From Eledone cirrhosa (Eukaryota), in the NCBI GenBank assembly GCA_964016885.1, contig OZ024741.1:131440001-131504000 (forward strand): a stretch of DNA of 64,000 bases. Reading direction: 5' to 3'. Numbering within the stretch: position 1 is the stretch's first letter; the number at the start of each line of letters is the position of its first letter. A program made the translations under genes and the position numbers. Positions 38,301 to 53,589 of the stretch are shown here, piece by piece. The notes under the pieces were generated by a model. The model did no database searches and was not told the origin of the DNA. It worked only from the letters and a program-made list of their open reading frames with translations.

Positions 38301-41232
38301 ATGAAGCCTATATAAGTCAAGCACACAGATCACGAATTTGTGGTCCGTGTAGCTGACTATCTTGAATTGTGGACAACCTATGCTAGACCTATCTATTTCC
38401 CTACAAAATACTCTATCTAGATATGATCTGGATGACCCTATACGATTTGTCCAAGTCCACATTGGTACATTCGGGAAATCCATTCGGTACCTGTCAGACA
38501 GTTCAAAACGTCTGAGCAGGTTGGTGAGACTCTTGCACCCTCCTTCCCTATCCACTAATCCCACACAATCCCAGCGTGCATCTAAGATCCCGTTCCAGTC
38601 GCCCACTAACACTAAAGAGCGGGACGTTCCAAGAAAGGTCTCCAGACGCCGGAAGAAATCAGGCCGCCCTGCTCCTGTCGGGGCATAGACGGCCACTAAC
38701 CTGAAAACTTGCCCGCCTCCGCTGGTCACGTCCAGCACCACCAACTTACCTTCTTGGTCCAGGAAGATGGCCCGTATGGCAAGATCCAAACCTCTCCGAA
38801 AAAGCACAGCAACTCCTTCCCCCGATCCCGGACAGCTGGGAGATGCGTACACATCGTAGCCGCCGAAGATCGGTGCGAAGGCCCGTGCTTCGGAGATTCT
38901 GGTCTCGCTGATGGCCACTACATCTATGTTTAGTGACCTGAGGTCGTTGAGCAGGTGGCCCTGCTTCCATGACGACCCCAAGCCACGCGCATTTATGCTG
39001 CCTATTCTGAGTGAGGTCATGTTGAAATGGAGTGGAAAAGATGGGAAAGACCACTTACCTTACTTCTCGTAGAGGAAGGATGGTGTGTCCATCCTTTTCA
39101 CTGCTTGTGGCCTCCTCCGGAAGGATGTCCTTATAAATCCTCCTGGAGAGTGTTTTTCGGTAGTCTCCGATGCGTTTGGTGAATTTTTGTTTTAGTGTCG
39201 TGTACGTTTTCTGTGTGATGTGAGTGATTTGTATGTGTGGAGGTGTTGTGAACTTTTCGGTTGTTGTGTAGTCTTTTTCTGTGATGCTGGTGTTGTGTTG
39301 CATGTAGTGTAATAATTGGTTGTTGTTCAAATTTAATGCTGTGTAGTGTGTATCGTTTTGGTTGTTTTGTTTTGTTTGCGTTTGTTGTGGGTTTGTTTCT
39401 GTTACGCTTTTTGGTGACTTTTATGGTGTCGGTGATGGTGGTGTTGGGGTTAATGATGGTGATGGTGTTGGTGTTTGTGGTGATGGCGTTGGTGATGTTG
39501 GTGTGGAGGGTGGCATATCTATCCTAACTTTTTTGTTTGATAATTTATTTGTTTCCCTCTGTATTTTGTTTTTGGAGGGGGAAGGAAAATAATTTTTTCT
39601 TTTTTGTTTCTTTTTTTCTTTTTTCCTGATACCGTTTCCCACTCCTCGTCGTCACAATCTGTCTCCAGTTGTGATAGGCCGGGGAGTGGAAAATCCTCCA
39701 CAGGCGTGGGTTTTAGTTGTGGCGTGGTGGATGGTGTAGGCGCTGGTGCTAGTTCTGGCACGTTGGGTGGTGGTGGTGTTGGTTTGGGTTTTGCTACTGT
39801 TGCTGGGGTTGTTGCTGTTACAGTTGCTTCTGTTGTTGCTGCTACAGTTGTGCTGCTATTTCTGCTGCTGGTGGTGTTGATGGTTGAGTCACTGGGGTGG
39901 GTAAGAGAGGTGGCCTCAACCTCTTAGCCTGAGGGCAGAAAGCCCTTAGGTGGGTTCCTTCACCACAAACGATACACCTAGGTCTTCTGCTCTCGACGAT
40001 TACGGTGAGGTGGCTGCCGTCAGTGAGGTCTATTACCTCTGGGATCTCCTCAATGCTTTTATGGTCCGCTTGGATCAAGAGCTCCATCCCAGATCCGGAC
40101 CAGTTCTGCTGCTTTTCTTTCGCTATTTCAATTATCTTGGTGTTGGCCTCGATGCCGGCGAGGACGGCAGCCATTAGCCAGGGAATTTCGATGGCCGGTG
40201 GAACGTGGGTGACCCTGATCTTCACAAGTCTCTGGCCACAATAGCTTGGGACGAATGTGAAGTCGTCACTTCTTAATGGAGCCATGGAGTGTTCTCTGGC
40301 CTCCTGTGGTGTTTCAAAAAACACGTCCACGGTTCCATACTTCTGCCCACGTCTGATGCGGGGTTTTTTTGCCCACACATGTCCCAAAGCTTTTTGGATT
40401 TGGGACTCGGATGCCCGTTCCACTCGGCACGATTTTATGTTAATTGTCCGATAAGACACGGTGCATAGGCGACGTTGCTCCATTTTATTAGGTTGGGGGG
40501 GGGGGGGGGGGGGGTGAACCTGTACCCATCTTTCTTTACCATTCCTTTGGCTTCTTCTAATTCCTCCTGAGTTACCTGGATCGCTTCGCACGTTTTTGCT
40601 ACTCTGGCAAAACTCAGGGTAGTTTTCTTAATTTCATTGTTGCTGTTGTTGTTATCGTTATTTTTGCTATTGTTAATTTTAGTTTCAGTTATGGTGGTGG
40701 TGGCGTCAGTGGTGTTCGGTGTGGAAGAGTTTAATTTGGTTGAATTCATTTCGATATCACGAGTTAATTTATTTTTTTCTTTTGTTTCTGTTGTTGCTGT
40801 GGTGGTGGTGTGGGTGGTGGTTGTCGCGGTGGTGGTGGTGGCGGCTTTAACACCTGCAGTCATTGGTAATGGCGGGAAATGAACGTCTGCCTGAGACAAA
40901 TTTAAAATATTGCTACTGCTTACATTTCCAGTGTTGGAAAACGTAGCAATATTTACAATGGTGGTGTCGCTGTGAGGTGTTAGATTGTGAGGTAGGAGTG
41001 ACTCTGAAACATCCATGATTTCTCAAAGAAAAATTTTTGTTTGATAATTATACAAAGTTTAAATTTTGGCCTCAAGGCCCCAATATTTTTTAGTGTCCTT
41101 TTCAGAAATCAATGTATGTGCACTGATATACAGTTAACAATAAACATTTTCCATAAATGGCAATTTTAAATAACTGAAAATAACAAACCTTTGCGGAGCC
41201 CACGATGATACGATTTACTACGTAGGTCGCCA
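35385..41232 (-). mobile_element. L1/Tx1-clade retrotransposon, family 1, full length and degenerate
   Basis: ORF1 from 41016 (CIVCGEGTHLRAFC knuckle); ORF2 39020-35638 (APE, RT, zf) with stops and frameshifts; TAA tracts on both sides. Confidence 0.93.
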
Positions 41233-41751
41233 ATAATAATAATAATAATAATAATGCTTTCTTTATTAACGAGAGTCTATGGCGCCGCTAATTTATCGTG
41301 ATATTTCGCTCCTTATAACAGTCTTTCCTCTCTCTCTGTTTGGTTGAGCACACTTCTTTGAGTAGTTTTGGGGCTGCCCTTTCTAGCAGCTCGTCCCTCA
41401 GATACCAATGGTCCTACACACGCTGTCACATCTCTCTGTCGCGTGTAGCTGGACGGTTGTCTTAGATTCTCTTAGAGTTGTCTAGAATGTGTTGTCTTAC
41501 ACGCGCTGATGACCCATAGGCGACTCCATTTGAGTCAACAATTTCCTGGCGAAACAGATCTCTTTGGATTTGGTCGCGTGTGTCATATAGTTATAGAGGT
41601 GCGTAAATGTCTTTTAATTTATATTTTTAATAATTGTGTGTCTACCCTGCCTTCCATAGGTTATAGATTCCATACACTGGTGGTTTTCGCTGTTTTATTG
41701 ATGGTACACGATCTCTCTCTCTCTCTAGTGTGTTACTCTTTCAACATATTG

Positions 41752-42185
<434 letters not shown>

Positions 42186-42587
42186 AAGATATATATATAT
42201 ATATATATATTGTTATACTTGCCAGAAATAAATACAGAACACACTCACTGTTTAGTTGGTTTTCGCTTCTGTATCTTTTATATCTCCATAGTTAATTCAT
42301 TTGGCAATCAATGTTTATCATTGATTGATCAACGGTTAAAAATACAGATATAAATATATATATATATAGTCTATCAAAGATCTTTCGTTGCACATCTGCA
42401 ACATCATCAGTGGTACTATTATTATGTTCCCTGCTATTGTATCGTAATGTCTACGCCATTTTTATTTTATATAGATACATATGCAGGTATATATATGTAC
42501 ATGTATGTATGCATGATATATATGTATGTTTATATAAATGCATATATATATATATATATATGCCGTATACATACATATATATACATA

Positions 42588-42604
42588 CAGAGAGAGAGAG
42601 AGAG

Positions 42605-42675
<71 letters not shown>
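42588..42675. repeat. (GA)n microsatellite
   Basis: Direct reading. Confidence 0.97.
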
Positions 42676-42677
<2 letters not shown>

Positions 42678-43629
42678 CAGAAAATGACAAAGGGTAAAGA
42701 GAAAGAGAAGAGGATAGGAAGAGGGTGGAGAGAATTTACGATTGCATAGGATTCGAAACAATTATAAACATACAGTGTAGATGGATACACACATTTGAGT
42801 CTAGTGTGTACCATGTCGTGTTTGGTCATCTCAAATAGTCATCATTCCACCAATCAAAGTGTTAAATATTCTATCAGTACTAAACCCACTATCAGGTTTC
42901 ATTCACGACCAAAACGAACAGTTCAATAAAAATAGAATCAGATATAATAATACATTTGATGGTAGTTTAGTAATCATTAAAAATAAATCAAATCGAAATC
43001 CAATCTGCGTTTGTATAATTGAGGTAATATTAGAATGTATTGGAGGCATTAACAATCTAATTTGAAATGGAATGGTCATCCACCAGTTTTGACGATGATG
43101 CTTTCTTTTGTTCGTTCAACAGTGCATCCTGTTCATGAAATTATCGTGCAAGTGTGGTTGGGCATTCCACAGACACGTGTACCCGTAACATAATTTTCAG
43201 AGAGATTCAACCTGAGAGTATGTGACAAAGGATGGCTCTTTGAATTACAGCTAGGGTCCATCAGACATACATTCAAACAGTTTCCTCCTATCAAATTTCA
43301 CTTATATGGCTTGGATCAACCTGAGGCTGTGGGAAATAACAACAGCCAGAGATGTCACGTAGCGGGATCGAATTCGGTACCTAATGAATTTGAAACGAAA
43401 TTTATAGCCGTTCAATCATGGTCTATCAACTAACTTGAAATAATTGTGCACTGAAGAAACAAAGATATCTATTCTGTGGCTAACGTTATTTTCATTTTAG
43501 TAGCAAATGCAAGAGTCAATGCGGTCATTTTTCGGTCTTATAACTCTTTTAGCGAAGCATATCTTTCGCCATAATTGCCAAAGTAGTGTCAAAATATGTA
43601 GATAAATATACGCGGACGTACAATAGCTG

Positions 43630-43694
<65 letters not shown>

Positions 43695-44186
43695 CACGCA
43701 CACAGACATACACACGCGCACACACACACATACACAGGTACACACACACACAGGCTCACACACAGAAAGTAGACTTGATTTAGAGATGCCGTATCGTTTC
43801 ACCAGTTTCTTTCAGAAATGTATTCATTCTTCAGTCTAGATTAAATAACTAGTTTCTTATTACTGTTGTTGCTGTTGTTGTTGTTATTTTTGGCGATATT
43901 GTTGCAAGAACAAACGAATATTGGTAGATTGTTAAATGTTGAAAGATTAACAAGAGCTAAGATTAATCCGCCATTTTAATGAAAACAACGCCAGCAATAA
44001 AAGAATATTTCCAACAACAGCAGCATAAAAAACACTAGGGATAGTAATGTATGTGTGAGGTCCCTGTGACTAGTACAGCAAGGATAACAATGCTAGCAAT
44101 AATACCAAGATGAACAAAAAAATGCATTATATTATTACTAGCAGAAAAACCACCCTTCAGAAAAAGACGATATTATATATAAACTG

Positions 44187-44400
44187 CGGTTGATTGGCGG
44201 TATCAGTAGAGAGTCGGACACAATGTTTCGTAACATAGAGTTACGTCCCTTTACACTTTAAGTTAGAATCTCGCCGAGGTTAGCTTTGCCTTTCATCCTT
44301 ATGGGGTCGATAAAATAATGTACCAGTAACGTACTGGGGTCGGTTTAATCGACTTTCCCCTCCTCCAAAATTACTGGCCTTGTGCCTATACTAGAAATTA
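44187..44400 (+). mobile_element. SINE family 1 (long form like 2031-2240)
   Basis: Shared core, TTTCCCCTC segment, GGCCTTGTGCC tail and (ATT)n. Confidence 0.75.
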
Positions 44401-44929
44401 TTATTATTATTTCACGAAAAAAAAAATATACATATATATATATAACAAATTTAAAAAAAACCTCCCCCAAAAAATAACAACAAAAAAAACTTAAAATCAC
44501 AGCAGCAAAAAAATAAATCATATAATTGAGGCAGTAAGCAGAGCCAGTCACACGGAATTGAACGACAGATAATATCTACAAAAAAATCCAATTCACAAAG
44601 CTTAACATGAAAATTATTGATACATATAATATCACACTACGAATACCTCAAGATATATATATATGTATGTGGAAGTATGTTATATATGAAAGAGGACTAG
44701 CTGTGACAGAAAAAAAATGAAGTTAAACATAAAGAAAATTTCTCGTAAAAGGCGTAACGATCTTTGATTGCAAAGTAAAAATAAATAAAGAAATAGAAAT
44801 ACTAAGGAGTGATATTTCTGTACTCCATGAAACGTCAACATTTGGTGCAAATGACTCTCTTGAAATCCTGAACAGTAAAAAGAAAATACAAAACACAAGC
44901 ATGAAAAACATACACGTGGAATATCTCAT

Positions 44930-45098
<169 letters not shown>

Positions 45099-45279
45099 AT
45101 GTATATATATATAAACCAAATTAGGATTTGGTTTTTCGCTCTAACATAGAGGATACATAAATGCGTTCGTAAGTTTTATATCGAATAATAATAATATTCG
45201 ATTCGTTTGTAAGCAAACAAACTCATTACGCTATATTTTTTAGATGACCATCACCATCCTTTTGTTCTAACGGTGACAG

Positions 45280-47385
45280 AGAGAAACATTGACAATATTG
45301 TTTCTAGGTTATCTTGAGAAAGGGCAGATATAGCTTACCAGGTATCTGGTCCAAATATGTTTCACTTCCCATTTATATCATTCCAAGTGCACCAACTATC
45401 AATTTCAAATGACAGATCCTTATACTTACTGATCCTTCTAAACTCATTCGAGGAGATGTTACGAACTGATTGAATGCCCATGTCAATTAACAAATATAAC
45501 TTCTCTTTATGGTCCTTCACAATTATATCAGGCCTGTTTGCCTCGAATCTTTGGTCAGTGTTCACAGGGAAATCCCATAAGATTATCAATTTCTCGCTTC
45601 CTGTTACTGCATCTAGGTGGGAGTTGTACCATTTTCCGTCCGTTTTCAGACTATAGAAACTACACATTACCCAGTGTAAATGTTGCCCCACTCTATCATG
45701 CCTCGTTTTATATTCCTGGTCACAACATGCTCATCACAGAATCGACACTTTGGGTCAGTTCCATTTCTGATCACATTGGTTTGAAAGATGCGCGTTGAAA
45801 GACACTGGTCTTGTGCAGCCAAAAGGAAGCCCTCACCCTATGCCTTTAGTCCGGAACACCGATCCCACTGATGGGCAAGCGTTTGTACCACATCAGGTTC
45901 TTTGCTACGGCGAACATACTGCCCATGCATTGGATTTTGCTCCCATTTAGTTCAAATCTCTGTTGACCTTCATGTTTTGCTAACATTCTGATGTTCTTTG
46001 CCGCTCTAATTGCTGAATCACCATTATTTTCAAAATCTATTCCACAAACTTCTTAATTTCCTTTGTGACTGAATGTAATCTCATCTTCCTTTTGTGATCT
46101 GCAGCCATTTTCATCATCCAGTCATCTATGGTTTTAAAGTACTGATCGAATCCAATGGTCGATATCTTGTATGATAGCTCCTGCTGGTCCATTCCTCTAC
46201 ATCCGATTTGTCTAGGGAGATAGAAGCGATCCGTATCTGCTTTTGGGTGATGTATTTTATTACAAGTCAAACGTTTTCTGAATTTCGTGTCCATTCTCTT
46301 AATTTCATTTCCGTTCCAATTTATGATATTGAAACCGTAGTGACAACCGGGATTGCAAGCGAATTTATAGCAGATGGCTTATTCCTCGAGTTATGCTCGC
46401 TTTTCAAGACAACGCGTAATCTCCGGTAGCATTCCTTCCTGATTCTCTCTTTTATCCTGGCGTGGTGAATACGCTGGCCTTCATTGATCTCTAGATACCT
46501 GTAGGCTTGTCCCTGTTCTAGTTCCCTAATTACTGTATTCACATCTATTTCCATTGAGTTTGTGCTTGTAATTATGCCTTTCTTGAATGTTGCTTTGGCG
46601 CATTTTTCCATCCCTACATCATTGCTGAACACCTTAACTGTATTCAGTAGTCCTTCCATTTCACTGTCATTTGTGGCATACAGTTTCAAGTCATCCATAT
46701 AAAACATGTGATTTATTGTTTTACGGTTTATTTTGTAGCCATATTTTGTTTTGTTGAGTGCTAAAGACAGCGTTGTGAGTGCAATTCAAAATATCAGAGG
46801 AGAAAACGAATCACCTTAAAAAATACCACAGTAAATAGGTATGCTGCTGGAACTTATAGTTCCATCACTTTGTGACAATGATAGATTTGTATTCCATATA
46901 GACATGTATTTCAGAAAGTTTGATATTACTGGGGAAATTTTCAGAACATCAAAAGTTTTCAAAACTCTGAGTGGGGAACACTTTCAAATGTTTTCTGATC
47001 GTCTATCCCAGCAATAAACAAATTTCTATACGTTTTACGACAGTTTTCCAGAAACTTAGGGTAAGCTCCACGGCGAGAAACTTTGTGCTCAATAGCGAAA
47101 ATGTGAATATCCTCCATAAATTTGTGATAGGACGATAATTTTCAGGGATATTTGTTTTGTCGATTTACGCAAGAGATAGGTTATATCTTGTGCAAACCAG
47201 TCAGAAGTTTTCTTAGGATTGTGCATAATTTCTATATATCATTTTACTAACATGTCATGGGTAGCAATTAGAGAAGAGAATCGGAAGTTTGGCACTTTAT
47301 CAATGCCAGGAGATTTCTATTTGTTGGCTTTCTTTAGTGCCAACTTCAGTTGTTCCATAGTCTTCCATAGTCTTGCCATTCCACC
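45280..47385 (-). mobile_element. R4/Dong-like subfamily C, old and degraded
   Basis: Fragments FYMDDLKLY, HHPKADTDR, ANRPDIIVKD and SKYKDL with many stops. Confidence 0.85.
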
Positions 47386-49127
47386 TTGCAGTCTCAGACA
47401 TTCAGGACGTATCGGAGGGTTCTTGCTGTTCCCAGCAAGCATACCTTTTGAAGTGTTCCAAAAAGTGGGCTGGACTAATCTTTTTTAACCATCCTTGGAA
47501 ACTCTTTGAGATAGTAACTAGTGCGCCTATGACAATCGGGACGACCTTGATTTCATGGCAGTTCCAAGTCCTTTTTAACTCCCACTTTAAATCCTGGTAT
47601 CGGTTAATTTTTTCCCTCTCCTTTTCTTGCACTCTCGTGTCAAATGGGCAGGCTACATGTACAATCAGACACGATCTTTTTTCCTTGTCCAAAACCACCA
47701 GGTCAGGCCTATTGTGTTCTAATTTCTTGTCCGTCTGTATCCTAAAATCTCATAGCACCTTCACCTGATCGCTTTCTATCACATCACCGACTCTGTCTTA
47801 TGCTCATACCACTTCTCAGAATATGGTAAATTGTTTACATTGCATAGGTGCCAGTGGATCACCCTGCCTATCACATCATGTCTCCAGCCTTTATGGTGAG
47901 TCTGGGCTAGGTGTTTACACTCGGATACAATGTGAGCCACAGTCTCCTCTCTCTCTCCACAGATCCTACACAGTGAGCTAGCCTCCTCCTTGTAGATATG
48001 GTGTTTCAGCCACTTCGTTCTGAGGGCTTCCTCTTGCGCAGCCATTATCATGCCTTCTGTAGCCTTTTTAAGGTCTCCTCTTTTTAACCAGTTCCATGTC
48101 TTTGGATCTCTAAATCCCGTTTTCTTAAAGAAGATGCTATGAAGGGATTTTTCATAGCATTTTTCATGCTCTTCCTCCTTGTTGCTATTTCTTCCTTGGA
48201 CATCCCCGGGTCTATTGTCTTCGCCTTCAGTACAATTTTGAGCATTGGCTCCCTACTGTCAGTCACATATTTGTGCAGGTTGTTTTTCTCCATCTGAACA
48301 CAGTCCTCTATGCTGATAAGACCTCTTCCACCTTCAGATCTCTTTAAGTAGAGTCTATCGACATCACTCCTCTTGTGGAACATGTTGTAGATAGTCAATA
48401 GCTTCCTAGTCTTCCTATCCATTTCTTTTTGTTCAGCAACATTACATTTCAGAATTCCCGGACTATACCTAAAAATAGACACAGCTCGGAAATTTACTGC
48501 ACTTATGACATTCCTACTATTTAGATGTGATTTTAATACGCTCCTTACTCTCCTTATGTACTCATATATTATCAATTCCTTCATTTTTTTTTGTGTTTGA
48601 TGTCATTTGCCTCCAGAACACCTAAATATTTGTATCCCTCTTCAGTGTCAATTTCCTTTATCGTCTCACCTGATGGTACCTAGATTCCGTTGCTTCTGTT
48701 CAATTTACCCCTCTTCATCACTAGGACTCCACACTTATTAATACCAAATTCCATACATATGTCATTGCTGAAAATACGGACAGTGTCAAACAGTACATCC
48801 AACTCCTTCTCACTCTTCCCAAAGAGTTTAAGATCGTCCATGAAGAGGGGTGATTGATGGTAAGCTCTCCTTTTTCCAACTTGTATCCTGCTCTCACCTT
48901 TCGCAATATAACGGACAGGGGTATCAGGGCAAGGACAACAGCAGAGGGGACAGACTATCTCCCTGGAAGATACCTCTCTTGATCTTCACGCCTCCCAAGG
49001 ATTTTCCACCTGATGTTATCTCTGTTTCCCAGGACTTTATACTTTTGCTCAACAACTGTCTGATGTTATCTGCCACCTTGAAGATCTCTAGGATTTTGGT
49101 TATCCAAGAATGAGGTACCATGTCGAA
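47386..49127 (-). mobile_element. R4/Dong-like subfamily B, truncated
   Basis: Reverse complement of about 23685-25410; 5' end abuts (TTA)n at 49128-49160. Confidence 0.9.
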
Positions 49128-49129
49128 TG

Positions 49130-49159
<30 letters not shown>

Positions 49160-49161
<2 letters not shown>

Positions 49162-52161
49162 GGTCCGTTCGGACGTCTTTTTGGCTCGCTCCCAGTAAGT
49201 CGGTTTATTTGCCTGTTAAAATTATTTGTTGTTAAATATTTCTTGTTGTGTAAGGGATATAAGCCCTTAGACTTTGGGGGAAAGTATGATATTTGGTCCT
49301 TTTGGCCCAAATATTTGAACTTTTATTTACATGTTAAAAAATTTACGGAAAAAAAAAAACATGGCTGAGCCCCCCCCCCCCCCCAGCGATATGTCTGCTG
49401 TCGTGCGACAACAACCTAGAAGTTGAGAGGAGCGCTACAGAGAAATTAACACAAATTGATAACACAAACACCACCACAAACAATGTAAACAAAGACACCA
49501 ATGATATCAATGAGAACTATAATTTTGAAAAAAATGACAGTAACAGCCTAAACGAAAATACAGATAACAAAAAAAAATAACAAATGCATTAACAATATCA
49601 ACACCACTAACATAAAAACAAATAGAGACAACACCACCAGCAACAATACCAACTGCACCGAGAACAACGGTGGCAACACAGACAACAATGATAACAGCGA
49701 CAGTGATAACAACAACACCAACAAGAACAACGACAACGACAACAACACCCCCAACGAAAACAAGAAGAACACTTTCGCTGCGGCAGCAGCAAAACAGAGG
49801 CCATGCTTCAACATGGACCTCTCAAACAAAGATGAAAAGTTGGCCCAGGCATGGAAGCTCATCAAGCAAGGGAAAACTTGGGCCAACTTAACTGTCCCGG
49901 TAGAAGCTATTGAGGCAGTGGAGCGCAAACCAGTGCATTATGGATGCATCTCAGCACAAACCAAAAGGGCAGCGGAGGCCTCTTGGCGGACGTCTACTGC
50001 AACTGGCAACAGAACGGGAGAATTCCCAGCTTTGTGAGCCGAGGAGCAGTGGCGCTGCTGAAAAAGGATCCGAACAAGGGGGATAACATAGATAATTTCA
50101 GGCCCATAACTCTGCTAAACACAGAGTTCAAGATTTTGGCCAAGGTGCTAGCAAAGAGGTTGGCGCTTGTCGTTGGTGGTCTGGTGGGAGAGGCGCAGAC
50201 ATGCGCCATTCTCGACAGATTCATCCACGACAACCTCCACCTCATGCGATACATCGTAGAGAGGGTAGCTAGGGAACCTGGCACGGGTGGGTCCTTGATC
50301 AATTTAGATCAGTCGAAAGCTTTCGATAGGGTCGACCATCGTTACCTAGCGGCAGTCCTGAGGGCGGCTGGCTTTGGGCCCGTCTTCAGAGGCTGGATCG
50401 CTGCCATGAACAGCGACATCTGATCTGTGGTGAGAGTGAACGGTCACGCTGTTGTACGTATTGACTCTCGAGCTATTACTGCACAAACTGGAGACGTTGA
50501 AGGGGGTCCCGCGCGAACTGGGATGCGTAAGATCCGTGTTGGCATATGCAGACGATGTCACCGTAGTGGTATCGAACTCCAAACACATCGAGCCGATCGG
50601 CAATACACTAAGAGAATACGAGGCGGTGACAGGAGCAATGATCAACCAGGAAGTCGGTTGGCCTGCAACTCGGCACCTGGAGAGGCAAGTCCATGCCGTC
50701 CAACAGCGTCGTCGGGCGCTGGACGGACGGACCGGTTAAATTGCTAGGGGTCTGGTACGATCCAGACCTCCAGACGGACAAATACTAGGACGAGGTGACG
50801 AGTAGGTTGGCTTCTGTCACCCAGAAATGGGCAGAGAGGAAGTTATCCCTGAAAGGTCGAGCGGAGGTGGCGAATGCGTACATCACGTCATGATGTACGC
50901 GTACATCACGTCGTGCCTTGTCCTAAGCCTCGCCTGACTGCGCTGGAACGTTTGCTTTTTCGCTTTTTGTGGAAAGGACGCGCTCCGATGGTCAGGCGGT
51001 CCATCTGCTGTCAACATCCGCTACGTGGAGGGCTGGGCATGCCGTGGCTGCTGACGCGCAGGCACGCGCTCATGCTACGACATCTCCACCTCTTCCTCGG
51101 CGGTAATCAGGTGTGGTCGCCGTTTGTTAGATGCGTGTTTCCCCAGCTCGTCTCCTTGACGGAGCTACAGTCCTGGGTCAAGCGAAGAACGAGGGAGAGC
51201 GCTTGCAGACTGGAATGTCTTCAGGCGCTCACAGCCCTCGACCAGTCGGGCAATGTAATCGGTGGAAACTCCATCTCGGCGTTCTATAGAGGATTAGTGG
51301 ACGGGAAGAACGACGACGTACTTGGGGAGACTCTGGACGTCGACGAAAATGAACTAGCCAATCTGTTCGGGAGAACTTTCGGGCCGGGGCCTATGGACAA
51401 CTTCCAGAAATCCCTGGCCTGGCAGTGCTACCGAGGAGCTTTGCCAGTTCGGGATAAACTTTACAGGCATGGAAGTATCGTCAGCCGGGCATGTCCGAGA
51501 TGCGCGCAGGGCGACGAAACCGTCCTGCACGCACTCGTCCTGTGTCCGAGCATTGCTGACTTTTGGATTTATGCCGAACACCTGCTGTCACGTGTAGAAC
51601 AAATCCGGCTATCAGCTGAATCCATCGTGAGAATTGCCCCGCCGCCTTTCTTTAGCCGGGAATGGCATGCATTTTTTATCTGCCTGGTGGCCAGGGTAAA
51701 AGAGATCGTATGGTGGACATATGAAAGGGTTGAAGACGGGTACTTTCCTCTTCGGTGACGCCCTCATTCACTTTTTCAGGTGTCACCTGAAAAGGAAAAT
51801 CAAGGTGTAGTGGGAAGTGCTGTATTCCAGCCAGTTTGTTGAAAGGTGGGTGAGAGAGGCAAGAATGGCCCGTGTGAATAGGCCTACCCTGAGCCGGTGC
51901 CTGTAGGAGGAAAACAGGAAGAGGGCATTTTCCCTAGCGGTCAGGTAACCGTGTCTTTTTTGTGGGCTTTCTCCACGAGCGACCCTCGCAAGTCTCCTCC
52001 CTATTGGGGACATTTTCTTTGTTTCTTTTTTTTTCTTTTGTCACATACTCTTTTTTTTTGTTTTTTACACGCAGAAATGCCCATTTGTACCGTCCTGAAT
52101 TGTCCTGTGTTGTCCTTAATGTTATACTTTGTGTCAACCCTTGTGGTTAATAAAGAAAGCA
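49160..52161 (+). mobile_element. Tx1-clade element with divergent 5' end and large internal deletion
   Basis: Asn/Thr-rich ORF1 start at about 49361, jump at about 49973 into RT (NFRPITLLN, KAFDRVDH, YADD), zf, then 3' AATAAAGAAAGC(ATT)n. Confidence 0.85.
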
Positions 52162-52189
52162 TTATTATTATTATTATTATTATTATTAT

Positions 52190-52342
52190 CCATGCTTTGC
52201 AGCATAGAGTTACGCCCCTTTATGATCTGAGTTCAAATCCCGCTCAGGTTAACTTTACCTTTCATCCTCACGGGGTCGATAAAATAAAGTACCAGTAATG
52301 CACTGGGTTAATTGCTGGCCTTGTGCCAAAAGTAGAAACAAT
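52190..52342 (+). mobile_element. SINE family 1 (5'-truncated)
   Basis: B box GAGTTCAAATCCC, core and tail; inserted in (TTA)n. Confidence 0.8.
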
Positions 52343-52606
52343 TATTATATATACATGTGTGTGTGTGTGGAGAGGGGGTGTAAACACAATCTTTGAATTA
52401 TGTGTTTCGTCATAGAATCACATTGTTATGTAAAAAAGCTGATGGCATGAAATGTAAAATCGACTTCAAAGAATCTTCTCTTAGAACATAAAGAATCAGA
52501 ACTAACGCTGCAAGGTATTTTGTTCGGCGCTCTAACGATTCTGATATTACTTCGTCCATAATAATTTTTCACATTGCTATGAAATAGCAATGTATATTTT
52601 ATAGAC

Positions 52607-52956
52607 TACGGGCTCCCAAACTGGCAGATTTCAACCGTTGGAAGGGCGATGATCAACTGAACAAAAGATGGTAGGCGTTTGGAAATTTTGGTGGATTATA
52701 TAGGATTTTGAGTATTAAGAAGTTATTTCAGCATATTCTCCCCCCTCCACCCACCCCCACCAAAAAAAATTCGAGGGAGATACGCAAATAACCAGTATAA
52801 GATAAACACAAAAGGCTAAATGGGAATAACGTACCAATAAAAATACTTTTACCAAACATTTTTGGTATGCTTTTGGATATTTATTATACAGCTATGTGGT
52901 GGAAAATGTTTACATGTGAAAGTTGGCGATGAAGCAAAAAAGTTTGAGAGCCCCTG
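52607..52956. mobile_element. hAT/Charlie-like MITE
   Basis: Imperfect TIRs TACGGGCTCCCAAACT / AGTTTGAGAGCCCCTG (13/16); flanks TTATAGAC and GGTTAGAC resemble a degenerate 8-bp TSD. Confidence 0.5.
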
Positions 52957-53525
52957 GGTTAGACTCTATCATATTATTAAAAGATAAAGGCAGGCTCAAG
53001 CCTAACGGCTCATTAAACAAGACCATATCCCAGTTTCACTGTTACAAAACTCCCACTGGGCAGGATGCTAGTTACTAGCTCGATCAATTCTCAGTTGCCA
53101 CTAGTGCTAATTTTGTTAGACTAGAACAGCACAAAATGAAATGCCTTACGTAAGTACACACTACGCAAGTGTGGTATAGGAATTGAATCCACGACTTAAC
53201 AATCATGAGCATTGTATTCTAATTACTAAGGCTCGCGATTAGAATATTACTCTTATATATTTTAGTGACACTGCTCTGAATGAACATACGGAAAACTCAT
53301 TAGCTAGATAGAAGTTGAACTCAGAAACTAGTAACTACGGTTGTTTCTCATCCCATTTGATCATCTTAAGTAATGTTAAAGAAATCTTTAAAAAAAAAAA
53401 TCTGTTGGGACATAAAATTACCAATAATAGCCTCTATTATTTCTTTCCTAAATGACGAACAGCGAGGGACACAATATCCGGTATGCGACGAAAACAATTA
53501 CGCCTGGATACTTACCACCACCACA

Positions 53526-53589
<64 letters not shown>

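Noticed and set aside
36653-38933. Antisense ORFs conserved between Tx1 copies
   Set aside because: Expected shadows of GC-rich ORF2 in recently duplicated copies.
43770-43820. HHR-like CTGAAAGA..GAAAC on the minus strand
   Set aside because: Helices I and II cannot form.
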